The position numbers and the translations under genes were made by a program. Shown here in pieces: positions 18,135 through 29,316 of a DNA stretch of 64,000 nucleotides (the first letter of the stretch is position 1; each line of letters begins with the position of its first letter). The stretch is from Polyangiaceae bacterium. GTDB taxonomy: Bacteria; Myxococcota_A; Polyangia; Polyangiales; Polyangiaceae. The notes below the pieces were generated by a model. It was not told the DNA's origin. It did no database searches and saw nothing but the letters and a program-made list of their open reading frames with translations. The stretch lies in the NCBI GenBank assembly GCA_044376115.1, contig JBILLK010000002.1, forward strand, positions 352,001 to 416,000. Reading direction: 5' to 3'.

Positions 18135-18719
18135 TTAACGTGGGCGCGTGGGGCGGGGAGCCGCTGAACGCGCCCGCGTGCGTTTCGAAGTAGGCGGCAA
18201 GGTCGCACCGGAGGCCTCGATCGCCGCGTGAAAGCGGGCAAACGCCAGATGCGCAAAGGCGTTGGCCAAGGCGTCGGAGGCGTCGAGTCGGGGCGAGGCT
18301 CCCAGCCCCAACAGCGAACAAATCACGCGCGCGACCTGCTCTTTGGTCGCCATACCCATCCCGGTGACAGCGCGCTTCACCCGCGACGGCGGATACTCGA
18401 AGATCGGTAAGCCGGCGCGAGCGAGCCGCAATAGCGCGACACCGCGCCCATGCCCGAGCTTGGCCGCCGCTTGCGGATCTTTGGCGTAGAAGATCGCCTC
18501 CACCACGCCGACGTTGGGCCGATACTCGAGCAGCACCTGTTCGAGCGCGTCATCGATCTCGACCAAACGCGCTGGGATCGAGCGCGTTGTATCGGTGTCC
18601 ACCACGCCGTGCGCGATGTGCGTGATCTTGGTGCCCAGCTGCTCGATCACGCCCCAGCCGACGTGACGCGTGCCCGGATCGATGCCCAGCACACGCAGCG
18701 GTTCTCGAGCAGAGGTCAT
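18135..18719 (-). CDS. ruvC: Holliday junction resolvase RuvC
   Basis: LGIDPG, VE..F, VKRAVTG.G.ATKEQV, DASDALA. Confidence 0.95.
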   Translation of the reverse strand: MTSAREPLRVLGIDPGTRHVGWGVIEQLGTKITHIAHGVVDTDTTRSIPARLVEIDDALEQVLLEYRPNVGVVEAIFYAKDPQAAAKLGHGRGVALLRLARAGLPIFEYPPSRVKRAVTGMGMATKEQVARVICSLLGLGASPRLDASDALANAFAHLAFARFHAAIEASGATLPPTSKRTRARSAAPRPTRPR

Positions 18720-18729
18720 GCTTGGGCTA

Positions 18730-20157
18730 CTAGCAGCTGCGATGAGAGCCGGCGAAGATCTTGCCGGGGTTGAGCAGGCCCTGCGGATCGAAGGCCGCCT
18801 TCATGCGCTTTTGTAGGGCGATCAGCGGCTCCGGTTGTTCCAGCGGTAAGAAGCGCGCCTTGGACAAACCGATGCCGTGCTCGCCGCTGAGCGTGCCACC
18901 GAGCCGGACCACCTCGCGGAACAGCTCCTCGAGCCCCGACTCGAGCAGCGGCTCTTGTTCGAGATCGTCGTAAAGGTAGTTCACGTGCAGGTTGCCGTCC
19001 CCGGCGTGCCCGTACGTCAGCATCTTGAAGCCGATCCGCTCGCGGATGCGATCCACGGTGGCCAGCAAATCGCCGATCTTGAAGCGCGGGACCACGACGT
19101 CCTCGGAGACTTTGTATTTGGCGAGCCTGCGCGTCGCGTGCGACATCGAACGACGAGCGGCCCAAAGCCTGTCGCGCTGCGTGCCGTCTTGTGCGACCGA
19201 GACGTCGCGTGCACCGGCTTTGGTGCAACCTTCACCGGCGCGTTCGGCCTCTTCGAGCAGCGCTGCTTCGGCTCCGTCGAGCTCGATCAGCAACATGGCT
19301 CCGGCTTTGGCGTCGACGTCGATGCCTTCCGAACGTGCGGCCTCGAGCGCGAGCCGGTCGAGCAGCTCGATGCAACGTGGCACCACCTTGAGCCGCAGGA
19401 TCTCGCTCACCGCGCGGCTGCAGGCGTAGGCGTCGTCGAAGGTCGCGACCAGCGTCATCAGGCTCTGCGGCTTGGGCAGCAGCCGCAACAAGATGCGGCT
19501 CGTCACCGCCAGCGTGCCTTCACTGCCGACCAACGTCCCGACCACGTCGTAGCCGGTGACGCCCTTCTTCGTCCGCCGACCGACGAACATCGACTCGCCG
19601 CCCATCAGGTGTACGTCCAGCCCGAGCACGTAGTCGCGCGTGGTGCCGTATTTGAAGGCGCGCGGACCACCGGCGTTCTCGGCCACGTTGCCACCGAGCG
19701 CGCAGTAGGTGAGCGAGTTCGCGTCGGGCGGGTAGAACAGGCCGAGCTCTTCCACAGCGTCGTGAAGTTTGCCGAGGATCAGCCCGGGCTCGACCAACGC
19801 TGTGTGCTCGTCGCGATCGATATCGACGATCTGGTTCATGCCCAACGTCGCTAAAACGATGCCGCCACCGGCCGGAATGGCACCGCCCGATTTGCCGCTG
19901 CCGCCGGCGCGCGGCGTGACGAAGATGCCCTCTTCGGAGGCGATGCGCAGGGTGTGTTGGATGTCTTCGGGTGAGCTCGCCAGCACCACAAGATCCGGCA
20001 ACACCGGCGTGTTCTCCGACTCGTCGCCGGCGTAGGCGAGCAGGCCGTCCGGCTCGGTGATTAGCTTGCTCAAGCCGAGTTGCTGCGAGAGCCGCGACTT
20101 GGCTTTGTCGATCGCCGCAGCGGATGGGCGAGGGGAGACGGTGCGCAAAAAGCTCAT
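18730..20157 (-). CDS. FAD-linked oxidase (GlcD/D-2-hydroxyacid dehydrogenase family)
   Basis: GGNVAENAGG..KYG, GSEGTL, GHAGDGNLH, GEHGIG, LNPGK. Confidence 0.92.
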   Translation of the reverse strand: MSFLRTVSPRPSAAAIDKAKSRLSQQLGLSKLITEPDGLLAYAGDESENTPVLPDLVVLASSPEDIQHTLRIASEEGIFVTPRAGGSGKSGGAIPAGGGIVLATLGMNQIVDIDRDEHTALVEPGLILGKLHDAVEELGLFYPPDANSLTYCALGGNVAENAGGPRAFKYGTTRDYVLGLDVHLMGGESMFVGRRTKKGVTGYDVVGTLVGSEGTLAVTSRILLRLLPKPQSLMTLVATFDDAYACSRAVSEILRLKVVPRCIELLDRLALEAARSEGIDVDAKAGAMLLIELDGAEAALLEEAERAGEGCTKAGARDVSVAQDGTQRDRLWAARRSMSHATRRLAKYKVSEDVVVPRFKIGDLLATVDRIRERIGFKMLTYGHAGDGNLHVNYLYDDLEQEPLLESGLEELFREVVRLGGTLSGEHGIGLSKARFLPLEQPEPLIALQKRMKAAFDPQGLLNPGKIFAGSHRSC

Positions 20158-21494
20158 GCGGGTTCCTCGAGTGCAGCGAGTTCGATCAGCGGCGCTTCAC
20201 TCGGACAACCCAAGCGAAAGGTTGCCCAGTGTCCTGCGCCGCTCGAGGTGTAGAGCGAGCTCGCCCCACGCTTGTATTCGCCCCAGAGCTGCCACTCCGG
20301 CAAGAGCGGCTCGAGCACGCTGCGTCCGCCGTAGCCGGCCTGCGCGCCATGGGTGTGACCGCTCAAGGTGAGGTTGACACCGCGCTCGGCGATGGCTTGA
20401 AAGCCGCTCGGCCGGTGGCACAGCGCGAGCGAGAAATCGACGTCGGAGGGAGCACCGTCGAGCGCCTTGTCGGCGTGCGCCGCGTAATGCGCATGGCCGC
20501 GTTTGTTCGAACCCGCTGGGTCATCGACCCCGAGCAACATCAGGCGTCGTCCAGCGTGCTGCAGCACTACATGCTCGTCATCCAACAGGCGCACAGCCGA
20601 ACGCGCGTAGTCGAGCCGAGTGGCCTTCGCGCCGCGGTAGTACTCGTGATTACCCATCACAGCGAAGTGACCGAGCGGCGCCTCGATCGTCTCGACCTCC
20701 TTGAGGGCGAACTCGAGCCAAGGCAGGTAATCGCAGATATCCCCGGTCAAAAGCACCAAGTCTGGACGTGCTTCACGAGCGCGTTCAATCAGCTCGCTCA
20801 CGCCTTTGCGGGTGATGAAGGCGCCCAAATGAAGATCGGTGATTTGCAGGATCTTCAGACCCGCGAGTTCCGGCGCAAGCCCTCGAAAGGCGAGCTTCCG
20901 CGGTTGAATCGCCGTATCGACGAAGGCGCCGCCGATGCCCAAGACCGCAGTCCCGGTCGACAGCGCCGGCACGGCGATCACAGCGCCCTCGAGCAGGCGA
21001 CGGCGGCCGAGCAGCGGTTGGGACGTCGGGGGCGGAGGCGGCGGTGCGACCTGACCGGCGGGCTCGCTTCGCGCAACGCTGGGCTCGCTGTTCGACTCGA
21101 TGCTGGCTCCAGCCTGCGCCTCGTCCGTGCTCGCTTCCGCGGCCGCTACAGCCGGCTCCGCAGCTGGTACCACCGCGGCAGGTGAGGGCGCGAGCCGGTT
21201 GAAGATCAGCCGCAACACCGTCGCGAACGGCATCGAGATGAACAGCGACAGCAGGATCACGCTGCCACCGCCGGAGAGCACCGCGCCGAAGGAGCCGATG
21301 TACGGGTTGCTGAAGGACTTGCTTACGAGACCGACGCCAAGAGCGCGCGCGAAGGCGCCCAGCGGCGCCAGCACCATCACCGCATAGAGCGCGCGCCTGA
21401 GCCACCGCTGCTTCCAAAAGCTCGGGTGAAAACGGCGCAGCAGCGCGATCACGACGCCGCCAATCAGCAGATTGAGCAGCGCTACTCGAATCAT
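20154..21494 (-). CDS. Membrane-bound metallophosphoesterase
   Basis: TDLH, TGD, GNHE, LCH, SGHTHG with N-terminal TM segments. Confidence 0.9.
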   Translation of the reverse strand: MIRVALLNLLIGGVVIALLRRFHPSFWKQRWLRRALYAVMVLAPLGAFARALGVGLVSKSFSNPYIGSFGAVLSGGGSVILLSLFISMPFATVLRLIFNRLAPSPAAVVPAAEPAVAAAEASTDEAQAGASIESNSEPSVARSEPAGQVAPPPPPPTSQPLLGRRRLLEGAVIAVPALSTGTAVLGIGGAFVDTAIQPRKLAFRGLAPELAGLKILQITDLHLGAFITRKGVSELIERAREARPDLVLLTGDICDYLPWLEFALKEVETIEAPLGHFAVMGNHEYYRGAKATRLDYARSAVRLLDDEHVVLQHAGRRLMLLGVDDPAGSNKRGHAHYAAHADKALDGAPSDVDFSLALCHRPSGFQAIAERGVNLTLSGHTHGAQAGYGGRSVLEPLLPEWQLWGEYKRGASSLYTSSGAGHWATFRLGCPSEAPLIELAALEEPA

Positions 21495-21656
21495 TACTCC
21501 TCAAATCCTCCGGGTGATTGGCGCAGTATCCCAACGAGGATGATGCAGCAAACCCCTGGCGCAATAAGTTCTGTTGCCACATCCGCCTTGAGTCGAAAAA
21601 TGCTTGGCGTGTGCCCATGGGCGGGCGCTAACGTCCACAGCCCAAGCGAGGACTTT

Positions 21657-22634
21657 ATGACCAAGATCTACGAAGACAACTCCCGCAGCATCGGCAACAC
21701 GCCGCTCGTGAAGATCAACCGTCTAACGGCTGGGCTCGGCGCCACCGTGCTCGCCAAGATCGAAGCTCGGAATCCGGCCTTTTCGGTCAAATGTAGGATC
21801 GGCGCGGCGATGGTTTGGGACGCCGAGGAGAAGGGCCTGCTCAAGCCGGGCGGCGGTATCGTTGAAGCCACCAGCGGCAACACCGGCATCGCCTTGGCCT
21901 TCGCTGCAGCTGCGCGCGGTTATCGCTGTGTGCTCACCATGCCTGAGACGATGAGCATCGAGCGGCGCAAGGTTCTGGTCGCCTTCGGCGCCGAGCTGGT
22001 GTTGACGCCGGGCGCGCAGGGCATGAAGGGCGCGATCGCCAAGGCCGAGGAGTTGGCCGCCAAAGATCCTTCGCTGCATCTGATGCGGCAATTCGAGAAC
22101 CCGGCCAACCCGGCGATCCACGAGAAGACCACCGGCCCGGAGATCTGGGACGACACCGACGGTGGCGTCGACATCTTCGTATCGGGCGTTGGTACCGGTG
22201 GCACCATCACCGGCGTGAGTCGCTTCATCAAGCGCACCAAAGGCAAAGCGATCGTGACGGTGGCGGTGGAGCCGGCGCACTCACCGGTGATTTCACAGAC
22301 GGTGGCCGGCCAAGAGTTGGTGCCGGGGCCACACAAGATTCAGGGCATCGGCGCTGGTTTCGTGCCGAAGAACCTCGAGCTAGCGCTTGTGGACCGCGTG
22401 CTGCAAGTCACCAACGACGAGGCGATCGCGATGGCACGCCGCTTGGCTCGCGAGGAGGGCATCCTGTGCGGAATCTCCTGCGGCGCGGCGATGGCGGCTG
22501 CGCTCAAGGTGGCCGCTGAGCCAGAGAGCGCCGGCAAGACGATCGTGGTGGTGCTCCCCGACGGCGGTGAGCGTTACTTGAGCGGCGCCTTGTTCGAGGG
22601 TCTGTTCGAGAACATCGAGCGGATGACCGCGTGA
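21657..22634 (+). CDS. cysK: Cysteine synthase A
   Basis: [33 protein letters not shown]; start reassigned to MTKIYED (RBS GAGG). Confidence 0.97.
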   Translation: MTKIYEDNSRSIGNTPLVKINRLTAGLGATVLAKIEARNPAFSVKCRIGAAMVWDAEEKGLLKPGGGIVEATSGNTGIALAFAAAARGYRCVLTMPETMSIERRKVLVAFGAELVLTPGAQGMKGAIAKAEELAAKDPSLHLMRQFENPANPAIHEKTTGPEIWDDTDGGVDIFVSGVGTGGTITGVSRFIKRTKGKAIVTVAVEPAHSPVISQTVAGQELVPGPHKIQGIGAGFVPKNLELALVDRVLQVTNDEAIAMARRLAREEGILCGISCGAAMAAALKVAAEPESAGKTIVVVLPDGGERYLSGALFEGLFENIERMTA

Positions 22635-23638
22635 GCTCCGCGTCTTCCCCGTCGCAGGCAGCATCGCCGCTGCAGTCCGCCCCCGAGTCCCCGGTGAATG
22701 AGCTCAATGAGCTCGCCGAGGCGATCGTCGCAAGCTACAGGTCCGACGACCGCGGGCAGTTCCTCAATCGCCACTACCTCCCCAACCGCAAGGCGATCGC
22801 CGAGATCATCGATCTCTTCTTGGCGCTCTTTTATCCAGGCTACTTCGGTCGCCAGGACCTAACCGACGCCAACATCGAGGAGCACGTGCTCGAGCTCGTC
22901 TCCACCTTGCGGGACAAGTTGGCGCGCGAGATCGAGCTCTGCCTTTGCCACGTCGCTGAGTGCGGTCAGGTGGTGGCGCATTGTGAAGAGGAGGCGCGCA
23001 GGCTCGCCAAGCGGCTGCTCTCAACGGTGCCGGCGCTCCGTCAAACGCTGATATCGGACGTGACAGCGGCGCTCGAAGGGGACCCAGCCGCGACCAGCGT
23101 TCACGAGATCATCCTCGCGTACCCGGGCCTGCTCGCCGTCACCATCTTTCGTGTCGCGCACGAGCTTCACAAGATGGGCGTACCGCTCTTGCCCCGCATC
23201 ATGACCGAATGGGCGCACGCCCGCACCGGCGCTGACATCCACCCGGGCGCTTCGATCGGCAGCAGCTTCTTCGTCGATCACGCGACCGGCGTGGTGGTCG
23301 GGGAGACGTCGCACATCGGGGATCGGGTCAAGCTGTATCAAGGCGTCACGCTAGGGGCGCTAAGCCACCCTCGGGACGAGCAGGGGCGCGTGATTCGCAA
23401 CACCAAGCGTCACCCCACGGTCGAGGATGACGTCACCATCTACGCCAACGCCACGGTGCTCGGCGGTGCCACGGTGGTCGGGCACGGCGGCATCGTCGGT
23501 GGCTCGGTCTTCCTCACCAAATCGGTCCCGCCCGAGTCGCGGGTCGCACTCAAACAGCCGGAGCTGTTCGTCCGCACCAAAGGCTCTCCAGAGAAGGCGA
23601 GCGAGCCGCCGCTCGAGCCGCCGAAGGCTGGCGACTGA
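22631..23638 (+). CDS. cysE: Serine O-acetyltransferase
   Basis: GDPAA, DIHPGA, DHATG, YQGVTLG, KRHPT. Confidence 0.93.
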   Translation: MSSASSPSQAASPLQSAPESPVNELNELAEAIVASYRSDDRGQFLNRHYLPNRKAIAEIIDLFLALFYPGYFGRQDLTDANIEEHVLELVSTLRDKLAREIELCLCHVAECGQVVAHCEEEARRLAKRLLSTVPALRQTLISDVTAALEGDPAATSVHEIILAYPGLLAVTIFRVAHELHKMGVPLLPRIMTEWAHARTGADIHPGASIGSSFFVDHATGVVVGETSHIGDRVKLYQGVTLGALSHPRDEQGRVIRNTKRHPTVEDDVTIYANATVLGGATVVGHGGIVGGSVFLTKSVPPESRVALKQPELFVRTKGSPEKASEPPLEPPKAGD

Positions 23639-23643
23639 CGCAA

Positions 23644-24087
23644 CTAAGCGCCGGTGGAGCCGTAGCCACCGGCGCCGCGCTCGGTGTTGTCGAGGCTGGT
23701 CACGAGCTTGAGCGTAGCGGACTCGACTCGCGCAACGACGAGCTGGGCGATGCGGAGGTGGCGTGTGATCTCGAACGGCTGCTCACCGTGGTTGATCAAA
23801 AGCACGCTCACTTCCCCGCGATAATCCGCGTCGATGGTCCCGGGAGCGTTGAGCACGGTGATCCCGTGTTTGAGCGCCAACCCAGAGCGCGGGCGCACCT
23901 GCGCCTCGAACCCGGCCGGCAGCGCGATCGCCAAACCGGTGGGGATCAACCGGCGTTGTCCGGGCGAGAGCACGATCGGCTCGTCGACTTCGGCGCTCAG
24001 ATCCATCCCGGCGGACAAGGCCGTCTGCGCCGCGGGGAGCGGCGTGTCCTCACGGCGTAGCCGTACGAGGCGAACCTCGGTGGTCAC
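23644..24087 (-). CDS. dut: dUTP diphosphatase
   Basis: [32 protein letters not shown]. Confidence 0.97.
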   Translation of the reverse strand: MTTEVRLVRLRREDTPLPAAQTALSAGMDLSAEVDEPIVLSPGQRRLIPTGLAIALPAGFEAQVRPRSGLALKHGITVLNAPGTIDADYRGEVSVLLINHGEQPFEITRHLRIAQLVVARVESATLKLVTSLDNTERGAGGYGSTGA

Positions 24088-25442
24088 GAGGGCCTCGGCA
24101 CCACGTGATCGAGCTCATCGAGACCGACCAACGCTTCATCAGCGTAGACGCGGGCGCTGTCATCGAAGCCGGCGGCGACGGCGATCTTCATCAGGTCCAC
24201 CGCACGCGTTCGATCCGAAGCGCGAGCAAACATGCGGGCTGCGTCGAAGGCGTCATTGGCGTCGCGGTCACGCTTGAAACAGGCTTCGTACAAGCGGCCG
24301 GCCCACAAATAGGAGCCTTGCTCAGCCACCATCGAGGCGAGGGCGCGAGCGTCTTCGGTGCTGATGCCGTCGAAGCAGTCTACCGCGAGCGCAGCCGAAC
24401 GAGCGGGCTCACCCAGCCGCAAAAACACCTGAATCAGCGGGCCGAAGACCTCCTTCCGCGAGTCCCCCGAAAAGCGCGCTGCTTCGAGCACGTTGCGCGC
24501 CGCAACCAGATCTCCGCGAGCCAGCGCGACCGAACCATACAGCGCCGGATCCGGGGCACCGAGTTGGTTCAAGCGGTGGACGACCTCGGCCGCCTTGTCG
24601 AACATGCCTTTTTGCAGGAGCGCCCAGCCGATCAGCGTAAGCGCAGCGACGAGCGCCCGGCCGCTGGCACGATTGGCGATCGGCTCGCAGATGCTGAGCG
24701 TCTCATCCGCCCGGTCCGAATCAAGCGCGAGCTTCGCCTCTTTGAGCGCCTTGATGGTGGCCTCATCCACCGGCGTCTCGAGGTCGCGCTTGGCGCGATG
24801 AAGCTCGCCCGACTGCCGCACGGCATCGCTCACGTTGCGCAGCTGCGAGAAGGCCTGGAAGGCCGCCATCGCGAAGATAAAGACGCCGAACATCGAGCCG
24901 ACGCGCAAGGAGTAGAGCGCCGCCAGCACGCCAACGACGCCGGAGATGGTGAAGGTCCAGCGCAAACGCTTGGGGCCGAGGGCGGCTTGCAGAATATGGC
25001 CGCCGTCGAGCGGAAGCACTGGCACCAGGTTGAAGGTGCTCCACACGATGTTGGCGACAACGAAGGCGCCGAGCAGCGTCTGCAGACCCGGGTGACCAAC
25101 GTCCACGAAGCGGTCGATCAAGTAGCAGAAGCCCGCGAGCAAGTAGCCAAATAGCGGGCCTGCGAACGACACCACGATCTGCCGTGGTCGCGTCAGCGGC
25201 AGCACGATCTCCGGGATGGTTACGCCGCCGAGAAACTGCAGGCGGATGGAGGAGCGCACGCCGAAGGCCTTGAACGCGAGGGCGTGCCCGAGCTCGTGAA
25301 TCAGGATGCTGAAGAACAGCACCAAGACGAGCACCAGGATCATCGCCGGATTGGTTTGGGCGTAGGACAGACCCATGATGACCGCGGTCATCAAGAAACC
25401 TCCGGTGATCTCCACGTCGTACCCGAAGATCCTCACGTTCAT
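24084..25442 (-). CDS. M50 (site-2) membrane metalloprotease with C-terminal TPRs
   Basis: [19 protein letters not shown]; start reassigned to MNVRIFG. Confidence 0.9.
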   Translation of the reverse strand: MNVRIFGYDVEITGGFLMTAVIMGLSYAQTNPAMILVLVLVLFFSILIHELGHALAFKAFGVRSSIRLQFLGGVTIPEIVLPLTRPRQIVVSFAGPLFGYLLAGFCYLIDRFVDVGHPGLQTLLGAFVVANIVWSTFNLVPVLPLDGGHILQAALGPKRLRWTFTISGVVGVLAALYSLRVGSMFGVFIFAMAAFQAFSQLRNVSDAVRQSGELHRAKRDLETPVDEATIKALKEAKLALDSDRADETLSICEPIANRASGRALVAALTLIGWALLQKGMFDKAAEVVHRLNQLGAPDPALYGSVALARGDLVAARNVLEAARFSGDSRKEVFGPLIQVFLRLGEPARSAALAVDCFDGISTEDARALASMVAEQGSYLWAGRLYEACFKRDRDANDAFDAARMFARASDRTRAVDLMKIAVAAGFDDSARVYADEALVGLDELDHVVPRPS

Positions 25443-25594
25443 TGGGGTCTTATAGTACGGCCTGGGCGTCTGCGCAGCCGACGAGTTGCTGAACCGCTTC
25501 AGCAAGGGCCTAACGAAGTGCGGACGGACAGCCCAGGCGGCTCCGCGACCCACCGAAACTTGCCGCGCGGGGCGAACTCTGAGCCCAATACGTT

Positions 25595-26386
25595 GTGAAC
25601 TTCGTTTCGACTGTTTTGTGTTCCTTGGTTCTGGCGGGCTGCGCGGTGAGCCCATCGCCCGTTGAAAGGGCCAACGTCGCTCCGCCGTCAGCCGCAACAG
25701 CAGTAGCTCCGCCAACCGCCAAACAAGAAACAGCAGCCTCGAACGAGCAGACCAGCGCTGCGCCGAGTTCGTCGGCGGCCGCGCCCGTGACAACGCCGTT
25801 TCCAGCAAAAACGACGGTGCTCCACGTCGGAGACTCGTTCGTTCATTCAGGCCTCACCCAACGCTTGAAGGAGGTCCTTTCCGCGGATGGCGTGCGCATC
25901 ATCGCGCGAGCGCAACACAGCACCAACAGCTTGGATTGGGCCAAACGCCTGCCTGACGATATCTCGAGTACACAGCCCGATCTCGTGATCGTCACCCTGG
26001 GTGGCAACGAGATCGGCTCAAAGCACTTGGACGTTCAAGCGCGGGCGATCCGCAAGATCGTCGCCACCATCGGCGAGCGCCCCTGCGTTTGGACGACGCC
26101 GCCGTTGTGGATGCCGGAGAGCGGCCTGTTCGACACGCTGCAGGCCAACGTAGCGCCGTGTAGGTTCTTCGAGACCGATAAGCACGTGGGCCGTTACATC
26201 CCGCGACGCGAAGACAAGATCCATCCGACGGCCGAGGGAGGCGCAATTTGGGCTGATTCATTGGTTAGTTACCTGCGCAAGGAACGACTCGGCGAGCCCA
26301 AGCCGTGGTCACTCGCGCTCGCGCCGGAGCTCGAACGGAGGCCCCAAGGGCTGCGCGAGCCTCTGCCCTTGATGGCTAGCCAATGA
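25595..26386 (+). CDS. SGNH/GDSL hydrolase lipoprotein
   Basis: LAGC lipobox, VGDSF, LGGNE, DKIHP. Confidence 0.88.
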   Translation: MNFVSTVLCSLVLAGCAVSPSPVERANVAPPSAATAVAPPTAKQETAASNEQTSAAPSSSAAAPVTTPFPAKTTVLHVGDSFVHSGLTQRLKEVLSADGVRIIARAQHSTNSLDWAKRLPDDISSTQPDLVIVTLGGNEIGSKHLDVQARAIRKIVATIGERPCVWTTPPLWMPESGLFDTLQANVAPCRFFETDKHVGRYIPRREDKIHPTAEGGAIWADSLVSYLRKERLGEPKPWSLALAPELERRPQGLREPLPLMASQ

Positions 26387-26422
26387 GTGCTTTACGCGCG
26401 GATCTCGGGTAGCTTGACACAC

Positions 26423-27736
26423 ATGCTTAGCCTGAACCGGTCTGCCGCTTTGTTCGCTTTGTTACTCGTTATGGGCTGCTCGTCGAACGTTGATGACTTG
26501 TTCGGTGGCAGCTCGGCGAACGGCGGTAGTGGCGCCAACAACAGCGATGGCGGCGGACCGAGCAATGGCGGCGGACCGAGCAATGGCGGCGGGCCGAGCA
26601 ATGGCGGCGGACCGAGCAATGGCGGTGGGCCGAGCAACGGTGGTGGACCGGGCAACGGCGGTGGGCCGGGCAACGGCGGCGGGCCGGGCAACGGCGGTGG
26701 AAGCTCGTGCGGAGATGGGGTGGTTAACGGCGCGGAAGACTGCGACGGCGCGCAGCTGAGCCAACAGAGCTGCGCCAGTCTCGGCTTCTCGGGCGGGGAG
26801 CTCGCCTGCGACGGGGCCTGCAAGTTCGATACGTCCGACTGTGCGAGCAGCCAGTGCGGCAACGGGATGATCGAGGCCGGCGAGGCTTGCGACGACAACA
26901 ACAACGATCCCAATGACGGTTGTTCGCCGACCTGCACGCTCCAAGGCGCCACCTGCAATTCGGCCATCCCGATCGCCGTAGCGATGGGCTCGATGACCTT
27001 TGCCGCCTCGACCTTGCCGGGCACAAGCGGCTTCGCACCGGCGAGCTGTGCCGGCGATCAACCCGGAGGCGCTGGCTCCGAGCTGTTCTTCCAGCTTACC
27101 CCCGCAGCCGACGGCATTCTGACGGTTCAGTTGTTCGCCGACAACACCAACTTCGACTCGATGTTGGTGGCCAAGACTACCTGCGCCAACGCTGAGGAGC
27201 TTTTGTGCCACGACAACTATCAGACCACCAACGGCAACAACGGAGGTGAGCTCGTCTCGGTTCCAGTCAAGGCCAACGTACCGGTGAGCATCATCGTCGA
27301 TGGCTACGCCCAGGAAGACGACGGCGATTTTGAACTCGCGATCGACCTTTCCACCGGCGATTCCTGTAGCGACCCTGTGCCGGTGTTTTTGGAGGGAGTC
27401 GCGAGAGCGCGGCTGCGTGGAACGACCACAGGCTTGGCCTCCAATGCAAGCGCTGGAGCGCCCTGTACCTCGGTCGTCGGAAACGCACTCGACGTCGTCT
27501 ACGAGGTCACGGCCCCCGCCACGGTGAACTGCCAAGCAACCCTGTCAGGGGACTTCTCACCGGTGCTCTACGCCCGTTCCACCTGCAACACAGCCAACAC
27601 CCAGGTGGCCTGCAACAACCCGCTCAACGGCGCCGCGCAGATGGACTTCGTCGCGAGCACGAGCGCTCGCTTCGTTTGGGTGGACGCAGACAACAATGCG
27701 AGCGGGAACTACCTGCTGACGCTGAACCCGGAGTAG
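26423..27736 (+). CDS. Cys-rich surface lipoprotein (myxobacterial cysteine-rich repeats, Gly-rich linker)
   Basis: VMGC lipobox, (GGGPSN)5(GGGPGN)3, CGDG..EDCD, CGNG..EACDD..DGCSPTC. Confidence 0.85.
   Translation: MLSLNRSAALFALLLVMGCSSNVDDLFGGSSANGGSGANNSDGGGPSNGGGPSNGGGPSNGGGPSNGGGPSNGGGPGNGGGPGNGGGPGNGGGSSCGDGVVNGAEDCDGAQLSQQSCASLGFSGGELACDGACKFDTSDCASSQCGNGMIEAGEACDDNNNDPNDGCSPTCTLQGATCNSAIPIAVAMGSMTFAASTLPGTSGFAPASCAGDQPGGAGSELFFQLTPAADGILTVQLFADNTNFDSMLVAKTTCANAEELLCHDNYQTTNGNNGGELVSVPVKANVPVSIIVDGYAQEDDGDFELAIDLSTGDSCSDPVPVFLEGVARARLRGTTTGLASNASAGAPCTSVVGNALDVVYEVTAPATVNCQATLSGDFSPVLYARSTCNTANTQVACNNPLNGAAQMDFVASTSARFVWVDADNNASGNYLLTLNPE
26549..26692 (+). repeat. Coding 18-bp tandem repeat, 8 copies (GGGPSN/GGGPGN)
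   Basis: GGCGGCGGACCGAGCAAT units with wobble-position variation. Confidence 0.9.
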
Positions 27737-27739
27737 CGG

Positions 27740-28444
27740 CTAGCCTTCGCCCAGCGCCTTGGCAATCGCGTTGCGGACGTCGGCCATCAGCTCTTTGCGG
27801 CGAGCGTGGCCGTAGCTAGGCGCGTCGACGGGCGGCAGGATCGTCGCTTTGAGCTTGGCGCCCTTTTGAACCTCGAAGCTGTCGGCGCTCAAGACCCGTT
27901 CGGTTCCTTCGATGGCGATCGGCAAGATTCGCACGTTGCTGTCGAGCGCCAGGTGAAAGCCGCCGGCCTTGAACGGCCCCAGTTTGCCGGTCTTCGTGCG
28001 CGTCCCCTCGGGCGCGATCCATACGCGCAGCCCGCGCGCGATCAGCTCTTGGCTGCGTTTGAGACTGGCGCGTGCGGCCTCTTGGTGTTGGCGGTTCACT
28101 TCGATGAAGCCGGCGGCGCGCATCGCCGGGCCGAACAGCGGGACGCGGAAAAGCTCCTTCTTACCAACCATGCGCACGCTCCCTGGCGCGGCCTGAAAGA
28201 CGACCGGTATGTCGTAATAGCTGCGATGGTTGCTCATCATCACGAGCGGTTCTTTCGCCGGCAAATGTTCGCGCCCGACGACGGTGAGTTCAGCGCCAGC
28301 GTCGTCGAGCATACGCCGCGACCACCAGCTCAGGCGCTGATCGGTGGCCTGCTCGGAGAGCGTTCCGCGCGCCGAATCGGTGAGCGTGGGGACGATGATG
28401 CGCAATGTGAGTGACGCCGCTCGCGCTGAATCGAGGAACGACAT
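27740..28444 (-). CDS. plsC: 1-acyl-sn-glycerol-3-phosphate acyltransferase
   Basis: NHRSYYD, KKEL, APEGTR. Confidence 0.88.
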   Translation of the reverse strand: MSFLDSARAASLTLRIIVPTLTDSARGTLSEQATDQRLSWWSRRMLDDAGAELTVVGREHLPAKEPLVMMSNHRSYYDIPVVFQAAPGSVRMVGKKELFRVPLFGPAMRAAGFIEVNRQHQEAARASLKRSQELIARGLRVWIAPEGTRTKTGKLGPFKAGGFHLALDSNVRILPIAIEGTERVLSADSFEVQKGAKLKATILPPVDAPSYGHARRKELMADVRNAIAKALGEG

Positions 28445-28446
28445 AC

Positions 28447-29316
28447 TCAGCCGTCCACCCGCACGTCGGTGAGGAAGCCCCAGCTGCCCCAACGTTCGAA
28501 CCAGCCGCCGATCTGCGCGCTCAGCTCCGCTTGTTGCGCCTCATCGAGGCCGGCCGCAGCCACCGTGCAGGCCTCGGTCAGCGTTTCACCGTTCGCCAGC
28601 GCTTCGAGCAGTCGGAAGGCGGGCTCGCTGAGCGCTTCGAAATGAACGACCAGATCTTTGCGAAAGAGCGCGATGAAGCAAGGCGCGAGCGCAGGCTTTT
28701 CGGGCGACTCGCCGCCGCGCAACGCCTTGCGATAGAGGTGCATCGGCGAAGCGAGGACCATGCGTTTGATGAGCGGGTTGACCTGGATGCGCACGCGCGC
28801 GATCTCCTCGGGAGTGAGCGCCTGCAACTTTGTGAGCGGGAAGGGTGGGGGATCAGCCCCGTCGAAGACGTCGACGAAGGCGAGCTCATAGGTGACGGCG
28901 TCCAACGCGAGCGCGCGCAAGGTTTGACGCTCGCTCGAACCGTCGTCCTCTAGCTCGCGCCAGCGCGCGATGAACTGTGCTGCCTGCGCGCCCAAGTCGC
29001 GAAGATTCGGTGCCGTCGGAGGGATCTCGGTGAGGTAGTCACGAACGAAGGCTTCCCACAGCGGCTCTCCCAGGATCGCTCGCAGGGCTGGAAAGTCCTC
29101 GGCCAAGCAGTCCTCGTGACGCAGCCAAAACTGACGACGGTAGATATCGACCTGCTCAGCGGGCGAGAGACGGTCATTGCCGGTCACCCAGTGCTTGCAC
29201 GCTTCACGCAGCGCCTCGTCGTCATTCAAGGGGGAATGACGTTGGAACGCGGCGAGCAAGAACTGCTGGGCCTCCACGAGGGAGCGGGGCGGGGTCGGCT
29301 GATCGCGCGGTAACAT
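28447..29316 (-). CDS. DUF2063-domain MNIO partner protein (BufC/HvfC-like)
   Basis: QVDIYRRQF..LAEDFPAL..LGE..YL...PP; directly downstream of DUF692. Confidence 0.85.
   Translation of the reverse strand: MLPRDQPTPPRSLVEAQQFLLAAFQRHSPLNDDEALREACKHWVTGNDRLSPAEQVDIYRRQFWLRHEDCLAEDFPALRAILGEPLWEAFVRDYLTEIPPTAPNLRDLGAQAAQFIARWRELEDDGSSERQTLRALALDAVTYELAFVDVFDGADPPPFPLTKLQALTPEEIARVRIQVNPLIKRMVLASPMHLYRKALRGGESPEKPALAPCFIALFRKDLVVHFEALSEPAFRLLEALANGETLTEACTVAAAGLDEAQQAELSAQIGGWFERWGSWGFLTDVRVDG

Noticed and set aside
26549..26692. 18-bp tandem repeat as a non-coding element
   Set aside because: It is in frame with wobble-position variation, so it is an ordinary Gly-rich linker.
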